Origin: Tubiluchus corallicola
Lineage: Eukaryota > Animalia > Priapulida
Length of the DNA stretch: 64,000 nt
Assembly: GCA_030141605.1 (NCBI GenBank)
Contig: JAQGDQ010000610.1
Coordinates: 62,001 to 126,000, forward strand
Direction of reading: 5' to 3'
Below the pieces are notes generated by a model. It was not told where the DNA came from, did not search any database, and worked only from the letters and a program-made list of their open reading frames with translations. Below, piece by piece: positions 26,801-41,800 of this stretch (the stretch's first letter is position 1; each line of letters starts with the position of its first letter). A program made the translations under genes and the position numbers.

Positions 26801-29800
26801 CCATCATAGTTATATAAAGTATGCGACACATAACAAACAAGTAGGATTACTATACAAGAAGTAACACACTGCAATGAATTGCACAACCTGCACTATTATA
26901 TAGACATATAACAAACAAGTACGATTACTATACAAGAAGTAACACACCACAATGAATTGCACAGCCTGCAGTATTATATAGACATATAACAAACAAGTAC
27001 GATTACTATACAAGAAGTAACACACCACAATGAATTGCACAACCTGCACTATTATATAGACATATAACAAACAAGTACGATTACTATATAAGAAGCAACA
27101 CACCACAATGAATTGCACAACCTGCACTATTATATAGACATATAACAAACAAGTACGATTACTATACAAGAAGTAACACACCACAATGAATTGCACAACC
27201 TGCACTATTACATAGACATATAACAAACAAGTACGATTACTATACAAGAAGTAACACACCACAATGAATTGCACAGCCTGCAGTATTATATAGACATATA
27301 ACAAACAAGTACGATTACTATACAAGAAGTAACACACCACAATGAATTGCACAGCCTGCACTATTATATAGACATATAACAAACAAGTACGATTACTATA
27401 CAAGAAGTAACACACCACAATGAATTGCACAACCTGCACTATTATATAGACATATAACAAACAAGTAGGATTACTATACAAGAAGTAACACACCACAATG
27501 AATTGCACAACCTGCACTAAAATATAGACATATAACAAACAAGTAGGATTACTATACAAGAAGTAACACAACGCAATGAATTGCACAACCTGCACTATTA
27601 TATAGACATATAACGAACAAGTAGGATTACTATACAAGAAGTAACACACCACAATGAATTGCACAACCTGCACTATTATATAGACATATAACAAACAAGT
27701 AGGATTACTATACAAGAAGTAACACACCACAATGAATTGCACAGCCTGCACTACTATATAGACATATAACAAACAAGTAGGATTACTATACAAGAAGTAA
27801 CACACTGCAATGAATTGCACAACCTGCACTATTATATAGACATACAACAAACAAGTAGGATTACTATACAGGAAGTAACACACCGCAATGAATTGCACAA
27901 CCTGCACTATTATAGAGACATATAACAAACAAGTATGATTACTATACAAGAAGTAACACACCACAATGAGATGCGTAAACTGAATTTTTATAATACATAT
28001 GGAATGTAACAATCTGTTACCTGTGATAAGTTTATTTGCTTTCTTTATCCTTGTAGCAAATTCCTCAACGTCTTTCTAAAAAAGTTATAGCAAGTTACAG
28101 CATACATTAGATCAAAACAGAAACGTTTAAAAGAAACTACAAGTCACCTAGCATGTTGGGCTTGTTGTACAATCAGTTAAAGGAAAACCGGACGATTGTT
28201 TAGATTCAATCTCATTTTAATTTATCGCTCGAAATATACATTTTCTTGCCTATAAAAGTTAGCAGTTGTTTCTAATATTTGAATAGTTAGCTTAGAAAGT
28301 TAATTAATGGCAACCGAGCACAGTTATTGCTTACGTCAGAAACTAACCACAGTTTCCACAATGGCAGGCATCTTCCCTTGCGTGTCAAGCACATTTGCGT
28401 AAGTGTTAAAGTACTGCTTAAACTCGTGATGTCGCAAAAACAGGTTCTACATCATATCGTCAGAAACTAACACTGCAGTTCATGATCATGGTTATCACGG
28501 TACCGCCTTCTATTTGACGGCCACGCGCATGTGGCAAAAAGGCGCCGCTGCCAATCTTAGTAGATTCACTGAGCCGCGCGTAGCTTTGAAAGTTTAACTA
28601 AATTGGAGTATCCGAGGTAATTATCGTTTAATCTAAGCTTTGATTTAAAATAAGCTATTGTGGTTTTCAATATTTTAGAGCATTCTTTATTCTGAACTAA
28701 TATTTACACAATTGACCGGTTTTCCGTTAAACCTAAAACGTATGTGCAAAACACTATCTATGAAACACGAAGGTAATAAATACAGTTACCGTACAGAAAT
28801 TTCATGGCACGACGGTAGCTGCCATTCACTTAAAAATTATGACGTAATTGGTGAACATAAGTTGCAAAATACTCATTCAAACAGTTACGCATTCCATTAC
28901 ACATGTCTGGTAAAACCACTTTTTTTGTTAATCATTCTCTACTCATGAGAAATTGAAGATTTTGTTGTTTAACTCTTTTGGGACCGTTAGCGTTTGCTGC
29001 ATTTTGCGCGAGTTCATGAAAAACTGCTCTCACTAAGCAGCGATTACGTTACATTTTGGAAAATTTTTGTTCAATATTTTTATTTACATTGGATAATGTA
29101 GGTTTCTATTCCTCGCACGATGGACTTTCAAGCAGATTTATATATGAAATGCATTCGCTTACCTTAGACAAATTAAAAATTGATTTTTGACGAATAAATT
29201 AAACAAAGCTTTCAATAACTGCAGTGTTTGCACTGTAACAATGTACAGGATCACTTGTGTGAAATCGGCTAATGCAGAAAATTGCAATTTTCGTAAGGAT
29301 TTTTTGTAATTTTTTCACAAACTGTGGGATTGCAATGACATCAAACTTAAGAGTCATTAATAAAAGAATACGATGATAATGAGTGAAAACAGGGGGTGCT
29401 GCAGTTTCGCAGTGTCTATACATGAGCTGCCACTGGTGAACAGCTATGTTGTTGGTAATGTCAGTTTTGATAGTAAAATTGATGTTGATACTGTAGATGT
29501 TGCAGTAAGCTGTAGCTACCCGTAGCAGTAATAACATTTTGTTTTCTTAAAATGTGTGACTGCAAACTAAAACCATCCATAAGTTGGCATAGATAAATCT
29601 ACGTAGAATACACCAAAAATTTGGTCATATACCATTTTTTTTGTTTTTTATAAAAACTAATGCTAAATATTTTGGACTTAAATATTTTAGCATCAAATTG
29701 TCAAGAAAATCTTTAAAAAATATTAAAAATCAAATTTTATAACCCCGTACCCAATTTTCTGACTAGAAACTAGTACTGCAATTGTAAAAAAACTTGCATT

Positions 29801-32800
29801 TTCAAACTCTGATAGTAGCTCGTGGAAGCAGTCATTCTGCTTCTGGCTTCTTCTGTTGCCAAGCCCAAATTTTCATTAGAAAGAGCCATCTGCTGGATTT
29901 AAAAATAACATCAATGTGTTTTTCTAATGTCCATAGCAACCAACATTTGTACGGTTGCTAAGTGTTTTTGACAAAAAACAATGGCTAACTTTATCATTTT
30001 CTGAATGTAACGTTTTTCAGGGCGTAGCTTGCATCTCAACTTCAACGTGGATTATCTCACTTTAGAAATAACATTGAGCGATAAACTTGGTATCAAAATG
30101 ATCCTCATGAAATGGATATTCAGAATATGTGAATAACTAGTAACAGTTATGAACGTTTTCGCTGTGCAAGCACACATATCAAACTGTTATGGATGGTACT
30201 AACACAGTTACGGATGCACCTTCAAGCATCGCCAGTTCCACATTATTTCAGGAATTACGCGAGACGCTTATCACACTTTTATTACTAAATCTTTCTAACA
30301 TTTTTTGCGAACATTGAAATGAGCCAAACTTCCCAGAAGGCTTGACCTTTCCCTTAATTTTTGGTGTCATTTACATTTGTCCATCCACTACTAGTTTTAG
30401 ATTTGGGAAATGCACTAAACTTATCATTGTTCCCTTTTGTTTAGTTACAGAACGAAGTTGAGGCATTATCTATCCGAAGTCCGTTCACTCAGAGACATGA
30501 CGAGCAGTCCAGACGTCTCATCTAGAACTAGAACAATGGCTGACTTTAACAGTGATTTTCTCAAGGTTATGGTTATGTGAATAACTAGAAAAGCTTAACT
30601 TCCGACTTATAGATGACTTTGCCATGCAAGCACAGATATATTCCCCATGCCACAATGCAAATACAAATACAATCCAATACAAATGCACGGCAGTAAAGCG
30701 GTTAAACACTTCATCATTTCAGCGGCAAATAACATACATCTACTAATGTTAGCACCAACATATAAATCATTACGCCTTTTTGCAGTTCCAGCAATTGATG
30801 ATGATCGTAAAAAGGTTACGCGTGCCAGACAACACATTTGTGAACATTTGACAACACCTCACCGCCTAAGCTACTGTACTAATAACAGTTTTAACAGCTG
30901 GAACTTTACCTAGTTCACTTTTTCTTGTTCCCAACCAAGATACTGCTAGTAAATCACCCTGCGCACAGACTAATGCATAATCCACATAAAAACCAGAAAT
31001 TACTGAACTGATGTAACAGACGGCTTTGCCTTACCCACATGTTATGTGACGGTTGTAGTTAAGACACGCTGGTTAACCTTTGACCTATAGCAAGTGCGCA
31101 TGTGCACAACGAAACAGTGAAAATGCTTATTGTGTTGAATCACCACAGAAACTTACGTCAACATAGATTAATATAAATGTTGTGCCGTTCAGCGGCGGAT
31201 CTCCGTGGTCAATCGCAATAACGGTGAACCTAAACTGGTATTCCACATACAATTCTCCTTCATCGTACAATATAGGTGTCAATGCCAATATTTCACCTGC
31301 AATTTCAGACAGGCAAATGAAATTTACAGTTCAGAATCGTCCAATAGTTTAAGTTTAAGTTTATTTATTTCCACACTGCATCTTACAGTTCTAATAAAAA
31401 TACAGATAATTTTCCACTGAAGTAAATATAAATATAAATGCAATATAATCCAGAAATTACAAAAGAGAATCTTATGCAGCATGTACATGAGCAAATTACA
31501 TTACAGAATAATTTTGATGCATACAGTTTGAGCCTAAAAGCATAGCTTGACAGGCCCAACTGTACATGGAAATCTTAAAGAAGTGATTAATAATTGAAAT
31601 AATGATAATATATACATAAATGTGGGGGGAGTAGTGAATGAAATATGAAATGGAACAAGAACTAAGAAAAAGTGTGATTATGATTATTAAGTGTTCAGTA
31701 ACCTATTATTATTTCAATTATTAATCACTTCTTTAAGATTTCCATGTACAGTTTGGCTGGTAAGCTATGCTTTTAGGCTCAAACTGTATGCATCAAAATT
31801 ATTCTGTAATGTAATTTGCTCATGTACATGCTGCATAAGAATCTCTTTTGTAATTTCTGGATAATATTGCATTTATATTTATACTTACTTCAGTGAAATT
31901 ATCTGTATTTTTATTATAACTGTTAGATGCAGAGTGGAAATAAATAAACTTATAACTTATTGATTTACGATAATAATTGTTAGTATCTATTTAATCTGTA
32001 CACATCTATGTAATCATAGTTGTGTACTATATAAGTACTACAGAGAAAAAATAAAGATAACCTCTAGGTGGTATGCGGGAAAAACCGGTAACTAGCATTT
32101 TACGAACCAAGCAGGTTTCTCACAGCGAACTATTCCCTGCCTACGCATTTATAACACAATAGGCATTAAGTGATTAGGTAATAAATGAGACAGAGACAAA
32201 ATCACTTGCCTTTAAAGTTATTCGTTATACAACTAAGCTACAGAAGACTACATTCTTACTATGTACAGAACACTCATAATTAGCCTTAAACTATGAATAG
32301 AACACTCTTAATTAGACTTACAATAGAAAAAATTTAGTTTTAACTTCATATGTACACAATAATTGTCCTATCTGAAATACATTTCTGTCAAAACTCAACT
32401 CCAAACCTGCCAGAATTAGTGTCATGTACAGAACACTCTTAATTAGCCTTACAATAGAATAAATTTAGTTTTCACTTCATATGTACACAATAATTGTCCT
32501 ATCAGAAATACATTTCTGTCAAAACTCAACTCCAAACCTGCCAGAATTAGTGTTATGCAAACTATGTACAGAACACTCTTAATTAGCCTTAAAATAGAAT
32601 AAATTAGTTTTAACTTCATATGTACACAATAATTGTCCTATCAGAAATACATTTCTGTCAAAACTCAACTCCAAACCTGCCAGAATTAATGTTATGCCAA
32701 CTATGTACAGAACACTCTTAATTAGCCGTACAATAGAATAAATTTAGTTTTAACTTCATATGTACACAATAATTGTCCTATCACTAAATTCTTACCCGAC

Positions 32801-35800
32801 GTTTCATTAACACTGAAATTTCCGCCAGGTGAAACACTACCCGTAGAGCCATTCTGGTGCACAAAGAAGTAACTCAGGTCGCTGTTTGGAGGTTCATCGA
32901 GATCCGTCGCCTAAGAACGTTAGACATTAATCAGTTTCTTAACACAAATCTACACAATTTTCTAAAGGAGTGCTCAGACTAGCGAGCTCGTTACTTTATT
33001 TGCTTTACTTCAGTTTCTGCTTACATATTAAGTGAAACTAGTCATACTTTGATGTTTATTTCCCTAATAAGAGATACAGTAAGTCCTCGCTTAACGACGT
33101 TTCGTTTTAACGACGCCGATGATTTGACACATTTTTTCACTTAACGGCACACGTTTCGTTTTAACGACGATTTTTTGACTTTGCTCAAGGCAAATTTTTA
33201 TTTGACTAACAAAACTTTTACCTAAATTAATGCTTTAAAACAGCATCTATTGCGTCATTCTGTTCTGAAAATGCACTAGTAATGTAAACAGTGTAATTAT
33301 TATACATGTTTTTTGCTTCCGGAGTGACTACTGATGTTACTACTGTATTACTAGCAGTTCGTGTATCAAGTGACCAGCAAGCAATTTTGCCTGCAACATG
33401 TTGCTGTAGCAAGCAGACTAAGAATGTAGGTAAAATTAACAAAATTAACATGGTTTTGACTCTGCAGTGTTTATTGTTCAACCGCTGATTTGGCTTAAAC
33501 GTTAACGAAAGAGAAACAGCTATAGACAGGTAGTGGTAAGTGAAATATATAGGTGATTTTAGGCAAATAGGAAGACATTAATCAGTAGAAATATGAATAA
33601 AACTCATAGAATGTTTAATTTATATGATTTAAGCAGCATTGATTTTTCTCTCTGAAACGTATTTCAATTCTTTTACATTATTTTCTATGGAAGTCTTGGC
33701 TTCGTTTAACGACATTTCGCTTAACGTCGCATTTCGTTGGAACCCATTAGCGTCGCAAAGTGAGGACTTGCTGTATGCCATATACGTTCAGTTCGAGCAC
33801 TGATTTGTCCTATTTGCTGTCGTCTAATTAATGTTAAGGTGTACAGCATTGCCCATCTATCCTTTAGAGACGTTGTCGTTCCTGTTTCTTACAAAAATGT
33901 TACTTAATTCTCAAGACCATTATATTAGTACTTCGGATCTTTATTTTCAACCTTGTATTATACAGTCAAGCTCGGATATAAGGGACACCGCGGGACCAGA
34001 AAAACCGCCCCTTATAGCCGAAGTTGAGTCAGACCGAGGGTGTATCTAGACCTGTAGTTTTCTGTTCGAAGGCCGAGTTTGCGAAAAATTGAGGCTAAAA
34101 ATTGATCAATTTTGCTTTGATCATAGGGTCCTTTATATGCAAAGTAATTTACCTGGGTTTCTATTACCCGGGACCCGAAGATATCATCCCTTATAACCGA
34201 AAGTCCCTTATATCTAAGTACCTTATATACTGAAGATTTTTACATAGGAAAAATGTAAAGATTTTGGTGGTCCCTTATAAGCGAGTACCTTATACTCGAG
34301 GTTGACTGTATTTGCAAATGGCAAATTTTCGTAATATCGGATAACATCGGATACAAATAGCTGCAAAATCTCATGAGTCTCCGATTTTTGGATACGAATC
34401 GGATATCCGTAGCATCACTAGCTAAAATATTCTTCAAAATTCAGAAAACTTCTGATTATGCTCCGTGCACTTAATGTACCTACGTGAACGAAAAATGGCC
34501 GCTGAAAATCTGGCGGATTTTCTGCATCTTCGGTGATAAAAAATTCGTAATGGCTATAAAATTTAGGAGCATTGTTGTTTAGATCCATGACTGTGATGTC
34601 TATTGTTGTGGTGTTGCGGTTGCCGTTACCCTGTAAATGAGAAAGACGGAAAAAAATAAAACTTCGGTAACTGAATGAAAACACGATAAAGGCACGTTCA
34701 CACTTGTGAGTTTTCTGTAGCGACTTTTTCGCTGTTTTACGAGTTTTTGCGGCATTCCATATCAAATTTTCAAAATTACGTATCTAGGTTTAAGAGTTTA
34801 AAACATTTTTATGAACATTTAAGTAAAGTTTTTTAAAAGGTACATGTACAGTATGGGAAAAGTTATTAAGGGAACGGAAAAGGGTTATGTATAAGAGTGT
34901 GGGGAAGGTTTATAAAGACTTAAAATAATGTATAACTATATCGTTCCTACTTCACGGAAATTCACTTATCTCGGGTGGGTCTGGAACGGAACACCCCCGA
35001 TAAGTGAAGGAACACTGTATGTCCAATCCATCTTAAACAGCGTCTTTTTATTTTTCTTGTCCAAAGTTCTTCTAGTATTTTTTCATATAGATCTTTGTTT
35101 GAGATTTTCTTTGGGCATCTGATACCCAAAATGTTTCTTTGAAATGCATCAATTTCAGCTTTATGATTTGCTTTAATGTCCAAAGCTAAGAGTTATACAG
35201 AAACACAGTTTCAACTAAGGCTGAGAATATTCTAATTTTTGTAAAGAAATTCGTTTATCTGTGGAAGACGACTTATTATAAGCGAATCTTTGAAAATTGT
35301 AAAAAATTCAAATTTACAGGGATCAACCGAAAAATTTACGGGATTTGAGCCGGAACTATCCTGCTACTGTATGCGATACCAAGTTCCTAGATCCAGGGTG
35401 GAGAAAGTGGAGCCTGGATTCCATTTTATCACTGCAAACAATGACCTACAAGGGTGGAAACATACTGGAAAATCATGTGGACGATTTTAAAAAAATTTAC
35501 GGTCGATGGTGAAATGACCGATTTCGTCGATGAAAACCTTTTTGTTCTAAAAAAACACGCAGACGCGTAGCTGCGCCGCTCCAGTGCCACGCTTCCACGT
35601 GTTTCCACAGCATGTCCACTTCAAAACAGGAAGCAGAGGCAGAGATACGGATGAACTTTATTAACCTTTAGTCTTACCAGTTCGTCAATAGCATCGACTG
35701 AGAAATAGTAGCTATTTGCTTCTTCTCTGATTAGTTCTCCAACAGTCGTTAAAGCGCCTGTTCTTTCGTCCAGTCTGAACCTATGAAAACACAGTACACG

Positions 35801-38800
35801 TGTCACGTGACCAAAAATTTATTTTGCTGTTAAGTAGTAGTCATTTTGAAATGACAAATTTCATGTCAAAATTCATTACTGGGTGTTTCATAAACGAAAT
35901 TTACAAAATTGAGCTTACCTGCTGTTTTAGTTAATAGTGTGAGATCTCCATTATGTACAATAATTCTAACGCTTCGCTTTAAATATACAGTCTAACCTCG
36001 TTATCTCGCCCCTCGTTATGCTGCCAAACGCGTCTCTCGCCATAGAAAGTACCAGGACGGATTTCCTGCTTTGATATTTACCTCGTTAAGTCGCCACCCT
36101 CGCTTCTCGCCCTCGCCACGTCATGCTAGGATGAGTGCTTATGTAAACTATATTCGTTATGTCGCCAAACAGACAAACTCAGAGGTGAATCGATCAATAT
36201 AACATGGGGGATGTAGACAATGCTGCTGTACTCGATAGATAGACAATCTAGTGTGTGTCTCACCAGGATTAGATTAGGAGTGCTGTGGTTGGTTAATGCG
36301 CAGAGAAACTATCGAATGACCAGCTGTCGACACACTGATGCGATACTTTGAACAGTCTGACAGAGCCACAAGCGACGATATTCAAGGATTGTGTTTGATA
36401 AAACGTCGTGTTGACTGCTTGCGTGTATGATCAATGAAACAGTCGTCTCTTCTGAATTATTTCGGTCGTCAGTAACTCATTTGTGAACATTTCTAAATCT
36501 TTTGCTAAGTTTATTGCATTTAAGTGTATACTCGAAAAAGGTTTTTTAAATAAAAATGTAACATTCTAAGATTATTTTTATGACATTTTTTCATTTCTGA
36601 TTTAATGTTGATTGGTATCATAATGTGAAATATATTTTATATGTACATAGAGGAACACTATGTTAAACAACTATTATGTACAGTACGTATATACAGTATG
36701 TATATACATATAGACTAACTTCATTATATTCCTGTTATCTTGCCATACTCGCCTCTTACCAAAAATTTGCCCTAGATGGACAGTGGCGAGATAACGAGGT
36801 TAGACTGTAGGTTATCATTATGTAAAATGTCATTCCAATTCCAAAATTCGTTGAGTACTAAATTTTGTAATATCACCTAACATAATACAATATGATTGTA
36901 ATATTAAATACTGTAAATACCGTTTACTATTATCAGTCGTCATCGTCGTCGTCATCATTATTATAATTATAATTATTATTATTGTGTTTTATTACGTATT
37001 GTGTTAATGACTATACGCAATGTGCACAATTTTATCTTCTTTTAGTTTAGGCTGTGTAGTTTTTTCACACATATAAAAAACATATAAAAATATTTACACA
37101 TATATAAAACACATATAATGTTTTATAACTTGTAACTGTAATTGTATTGGTTGTAAATGGGTAAAAAAATCTATTATATTATAAAAAAATGTTTAAAACT
37201 TAATTTCTACTTTACGCGTATTGTTTTAGACCAGGCTAATGGTTACTCGCAGTAAGAGCTTGTGTTATAAAGCGAAAATACGAACGTCAAAAGGTGAAAT
37301 AGAAAGAAACTGAAGTCGTCAGGTACATAAACTGGCGAAAAGTTGGAGACTGACGAAATCAAATAGTTCAAAACGCTGTTTTAGATGTGCAATCTGTATT
37401 CTAATCATAATCAGCATTTTCTATCAAATAATCCACATTGTTGTTGTTGACATCCTTCTGTCTCGGAAGACAACGGTGTGTGTGCCAAGAGAGTCAGTTA
37501 TTGATCACATTGATGAAGCTGCAGCGTCAACTGTGGCTGAGCAGTGTGATCCTTGAACCACTGGAGTGGCCAACTCTCCAGGGCGCACGCCTGGGCAAGG
37601 TGTATGGAGATCCTGAGTTGCCCAGACAACAGGAACCCCCTCTCTTCCTCCCTGGTGTAGTCCACAGGAAAGCGGAGAGATACGTTTGGCACCAGGTTGG
37701 CTGCAGGAGCTGCCAGAGTCAGTGAGCATGCTGCACTGGTGCGCCTTCGAGGCTCTACTCCTGATTTGGAAGGTTTACTCCTCTACACATGGCCGTTGGG
37801 TCACTTGACCTCCTCCGCCCTCTAGCCGTTGGCTGCTTGTGCAGCTCCTCCGCCAAGTGTCGAGATACAGTGTGGGCATCCCGCAAGCCTACAGCACCTG
37901 GTATTCCTAGGTGGTCACCCATCCAAGTACTAACCAGGCTCTACGTTGCTTAACTTTGTTGAGCAGACGAGAACCGGTGTTTTCAAGGTGATATGGCTGT
38001 AGTAATCCACATTAGCCAAATAATAAAAGTAAAGGTTGAACATACTCCATATCATCCAAATAGAAACAAAAAGTTTACCCATACGCCATCTTAGTAAAAC
38101 GTTATTTTAAACAGAACTATCTATTGTGCACTTCGAACCAGTGCCATTACATATGCCCTTCTAACTTAGAAGGTATCGACTCAAGAAGCCAAGTGTCCTA
38201 GTTTCATACAACATTATGTATATTCATGATGTGCCATTGGGTTTATACATCAAGGTTTGACGTTGTGTCTTTGGTTTAAATTGTGGAGTTTAACTTGTGT
38301 AATTGTGTTCTTAATAACGTGGTATAGGTTTTTTGTAGTGCTGTATATGTGTGAAATTGTATCTTTATAATCAGTGTGTGTATTGTGTGATTTGTAATTG
38401 TGATTACCCAATAAACGATAACTAACAGTAAATTAATTCATTGTTCTGTTTACAAATCAAATATTACACGGAGGTTGCATTTGTTAGCATTAACATAATT
38501 GATTGGGAAAAAAATTGATTGATTGCCAAATGAATTTCATATAAAATAGCTTAGGGAAAAAAGCTGCATTTAGTAATGCTAATGCCACTGAATGCATATT
38601 CTACATCAATCTTTAATTGTGTGCTTGTAAGCCTAAATCGTCCACAAGTCGGCATAGTTAAAACTACCGTTATGATGCTTCAAAGTAGAATAAACAAAAA
38701 ATTTGGTCAAATGTTAATTTTTTTTATAAAAGCAAATGCTAAATATATGGGGCTTTTATGTTATAGCATCAAATTATCAAAAAATTTTAAAAAATACTAA

Positions 38801-41800
38801 AAATTTAATTTTATTGCCAAGCCCAGATCTTAGTCAGGAAGAGCCATCTACTGGCGTTAGTTACTCCAATGTGTTCTTGTAAAGTCCATAGCAACCAACA
38901 TTTTTATGGTTGCTAAGTGTTTTGTAGAAATGCGACAAAAAACAATGGCTGACTTTAACAGTGATTTTCTCAAGATTATGTTTTTCAGTGTGAAGCCTGC
39001 ACCTCAACTTCGACGTGGATTGTCTCAGCTTAGAAATAACATAGAGCAATAAGCTTGGCATCAAAATGATTCTCGTGAAATGGAGATTCATGATATATGA
39101 ATAACTAGAACAATGGCTGACTTTAACAGTGATTTTCTCAAGGTTATGATTTTCAGTGTGCAGCCTGCACCTCAACTTCGACGTGGATTATCTCAGCTTA
39201 GAAAAGAACATAGAGCGATGAGCTGAGCTTGGTATCAAAATGATTCTCGTGAAATGGACATTCAGGATAAGTGAATAACTAGAAAAACTTAATTGTTGAT
39301 TTAGGGACGATTTTGTTATGTAAGTACACATATACGTATGCTACATCAACGCCTAAGTACGTATGCGACATCAATTAACACCAATCAAACTAAACAGACT
39401 CAGTATCAAATGCACTTGACAGCTGCATACCTATCTTTGAGCTGCCCAAAAATTTGATAAGACACGGCTCCGAAGTTTCCAGAGTCGGCATCATTTGCAA
39501 CAACATTTGTGACTATCGTTCCACTAGGAGAACCCTCGGGGATGGCAACCTTGTACGCCGACCGCTCAAACTGCGGAAAGTTGTCATTCGTGTCGATGAT
39601 GCGGACTTCAACAATGGTGTAGCCCCAGCGGGCATCCTTCGTAGTGGTTTCCCTGGCGACTAGCTGCAAAAACAAAACAAAACGCCATCTTCAAAACAAT
39701 TTTGGAGAAAGCATGTAGGTATGTTTGTGGAAAACTGGCATTCTTGACAACAGGTTTACGTGAAGAGAAGCCCTCTCTCACTAAAAGAAGCCAAAAAGAT
39801 CAGAGATTATGCGATAATCAAACTCAATATAATCTTTTTCTAGTTTTCAACAGTGGGCAAGTGAGTGTTGCAGCAATAAAAATAGCAAATAGCAATAAAA
39901 ATGGCTGTAGGTCAAAAATTAAGTGTCTACGTGCCTTAACTACAACCGTCATGTGATGTGCGTGTAAAGCAAAGTCGTCTGCCACATCAGTTCAGCAACG
40001 TCAGGTGGTTTGCGTCGACCTTACTTAATTATGCATTAGTCTATGTGTAGAGTGATTTACTAGCAGGATCTTGGTTGGAAACAAGAACTGGGTAAGGTTC
40101 TAGCTAGCTGTTATAACTGTTACTATTACAACACCACGGGCAGTTAGGCATTGTCAAGTGTGTTGCCTGATACACTTAACTGTTGACCTTTTCACGATCA
40201 CCATCAATTGCTGGAACTAGCTTCGTTCAAGCTCACTCAACCTTGATCAGGAAGCCTTAACTACAGTCTAATTAAACCCTCACCATTATAATAAGCTTTT
40301 ACAACTTAAAATCCTACTCTCATTACGAATATTCAATTTATTTTATTATAAACTTACTATAAACCGTGTTTCTTTTGATTCTTTATCATTTTGTTGTTAG
40401 CGGTATTAATCTTGAAGAAGCGCCATTTTCGTTGTGTGAAACGAATGACGTTATAAGCACAGTCACGAGGTCGCCAAAGATCGGTAACCAAAGACGCTTT
40501 CCGTACCTCATACGTCACTCTTGCTCACTCTCACCAAAGACACGAAACACTGCGATCTTTACGGCAATCTGCGGGTTTGAAATTCTTCAGAGTTGGGGTT
40601 ACATAGGCCTTTGATTCGTACTTAGACGACGAAAATATCAGAGGGTCATTTGTTCTGACAGCATCACGGCTTATAGCAAATAGTTCTTGGTTTTATGAAA
40701 CCGAATGATATGCGTAGTAATTTGAACATTTTAGCAAATAAATTACGGACTTTTAAAATCTTCGACGTAACGTCACCGAAGCTTTCTTAAGGTGTAGATT
40801 ACGGCAAAAAAAACGTACCTCAAATTTAATTTTTGTAATAGCCTGATAATCCAAGAGGTCACGATTTAAAACTTTCAGCAGCAATACCCCACGATATTTG
40901 ACAACGGATGGCTCCACGTAGAACATCTGCTTTGCAAGTGGAACGTTGCAATCGGAACAGTTGCCGCTATGATCCGATATTTCCACCAGAAAGGTGCCAT
41001 TCTCACCCTGGATGAAAATTAAAAATGGTTAATGAACGTACAAGACGCAGAATGAAAACGTAAAGAGAAACAAGATTTTGATCTTTATAAATGCTCTGAA
41101 CTTAACTTGAATAGTTTTATGGGGAAGCAATGACAATAATATCATTGGTTTTTAAACAAGTAATTGACAGAATTGAGTTTTGACACTGGTTTTTATGCAA
41201 GTAATTGACAGGATTGAGTTCTGACATTGGTTTTTAAACAAATAATCGACAGGATTGAGTTCTGACATTGGTTTTTAAGCAAGTAATTGACAGGATTGAG
41301 TTCTGACATTGGTTTTTAAACAAATAATCGACAGGATTGAGTTCTGACATTGGTTTCTAAGCAAGTAATTGACAGGATTGAGTTCTGACATTGGTTTCTA
41401 AGCAAGTAATTGACAGGATTGAGTTCTGACATTGGTTTTTAAACAAGTAATTGACAGGATTAAGTTCTGACATTGGTTTTTAAACAAGTAATTGACAGGA
41501 TTGAGTTCTGACATTGGTTTTTAAACAAGTAATTGACAGGATTGAGTTCTGACACTGGTTTTTAAACAAATAATCGACAGGTTTGAGTTCTGCCATTGGT
41601 TTTTAAACAAATAACTGACAAGACTGAGTTCTGACATTGGTTTTTAAACAAGTAATTGACAGGATTGAGTTCTGCCATTGGTATTTAAACAAGTAATTGA
41701 CGGGTTTGAGTTCTGCCATTGGTATTTAAACAAGTAATTGACAAGATTGAGTTCTGACATTGGTTTCTAAGCAAGTAATTGACAAGATTGAGTTCTGACA

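Noticed and set aside
37885-38002. Functional 5S rRNA gene
   Set aside because: It lacks the first bases and the T-run terminator, has substitutions, and lies inside a TSD-flanked retroposon.
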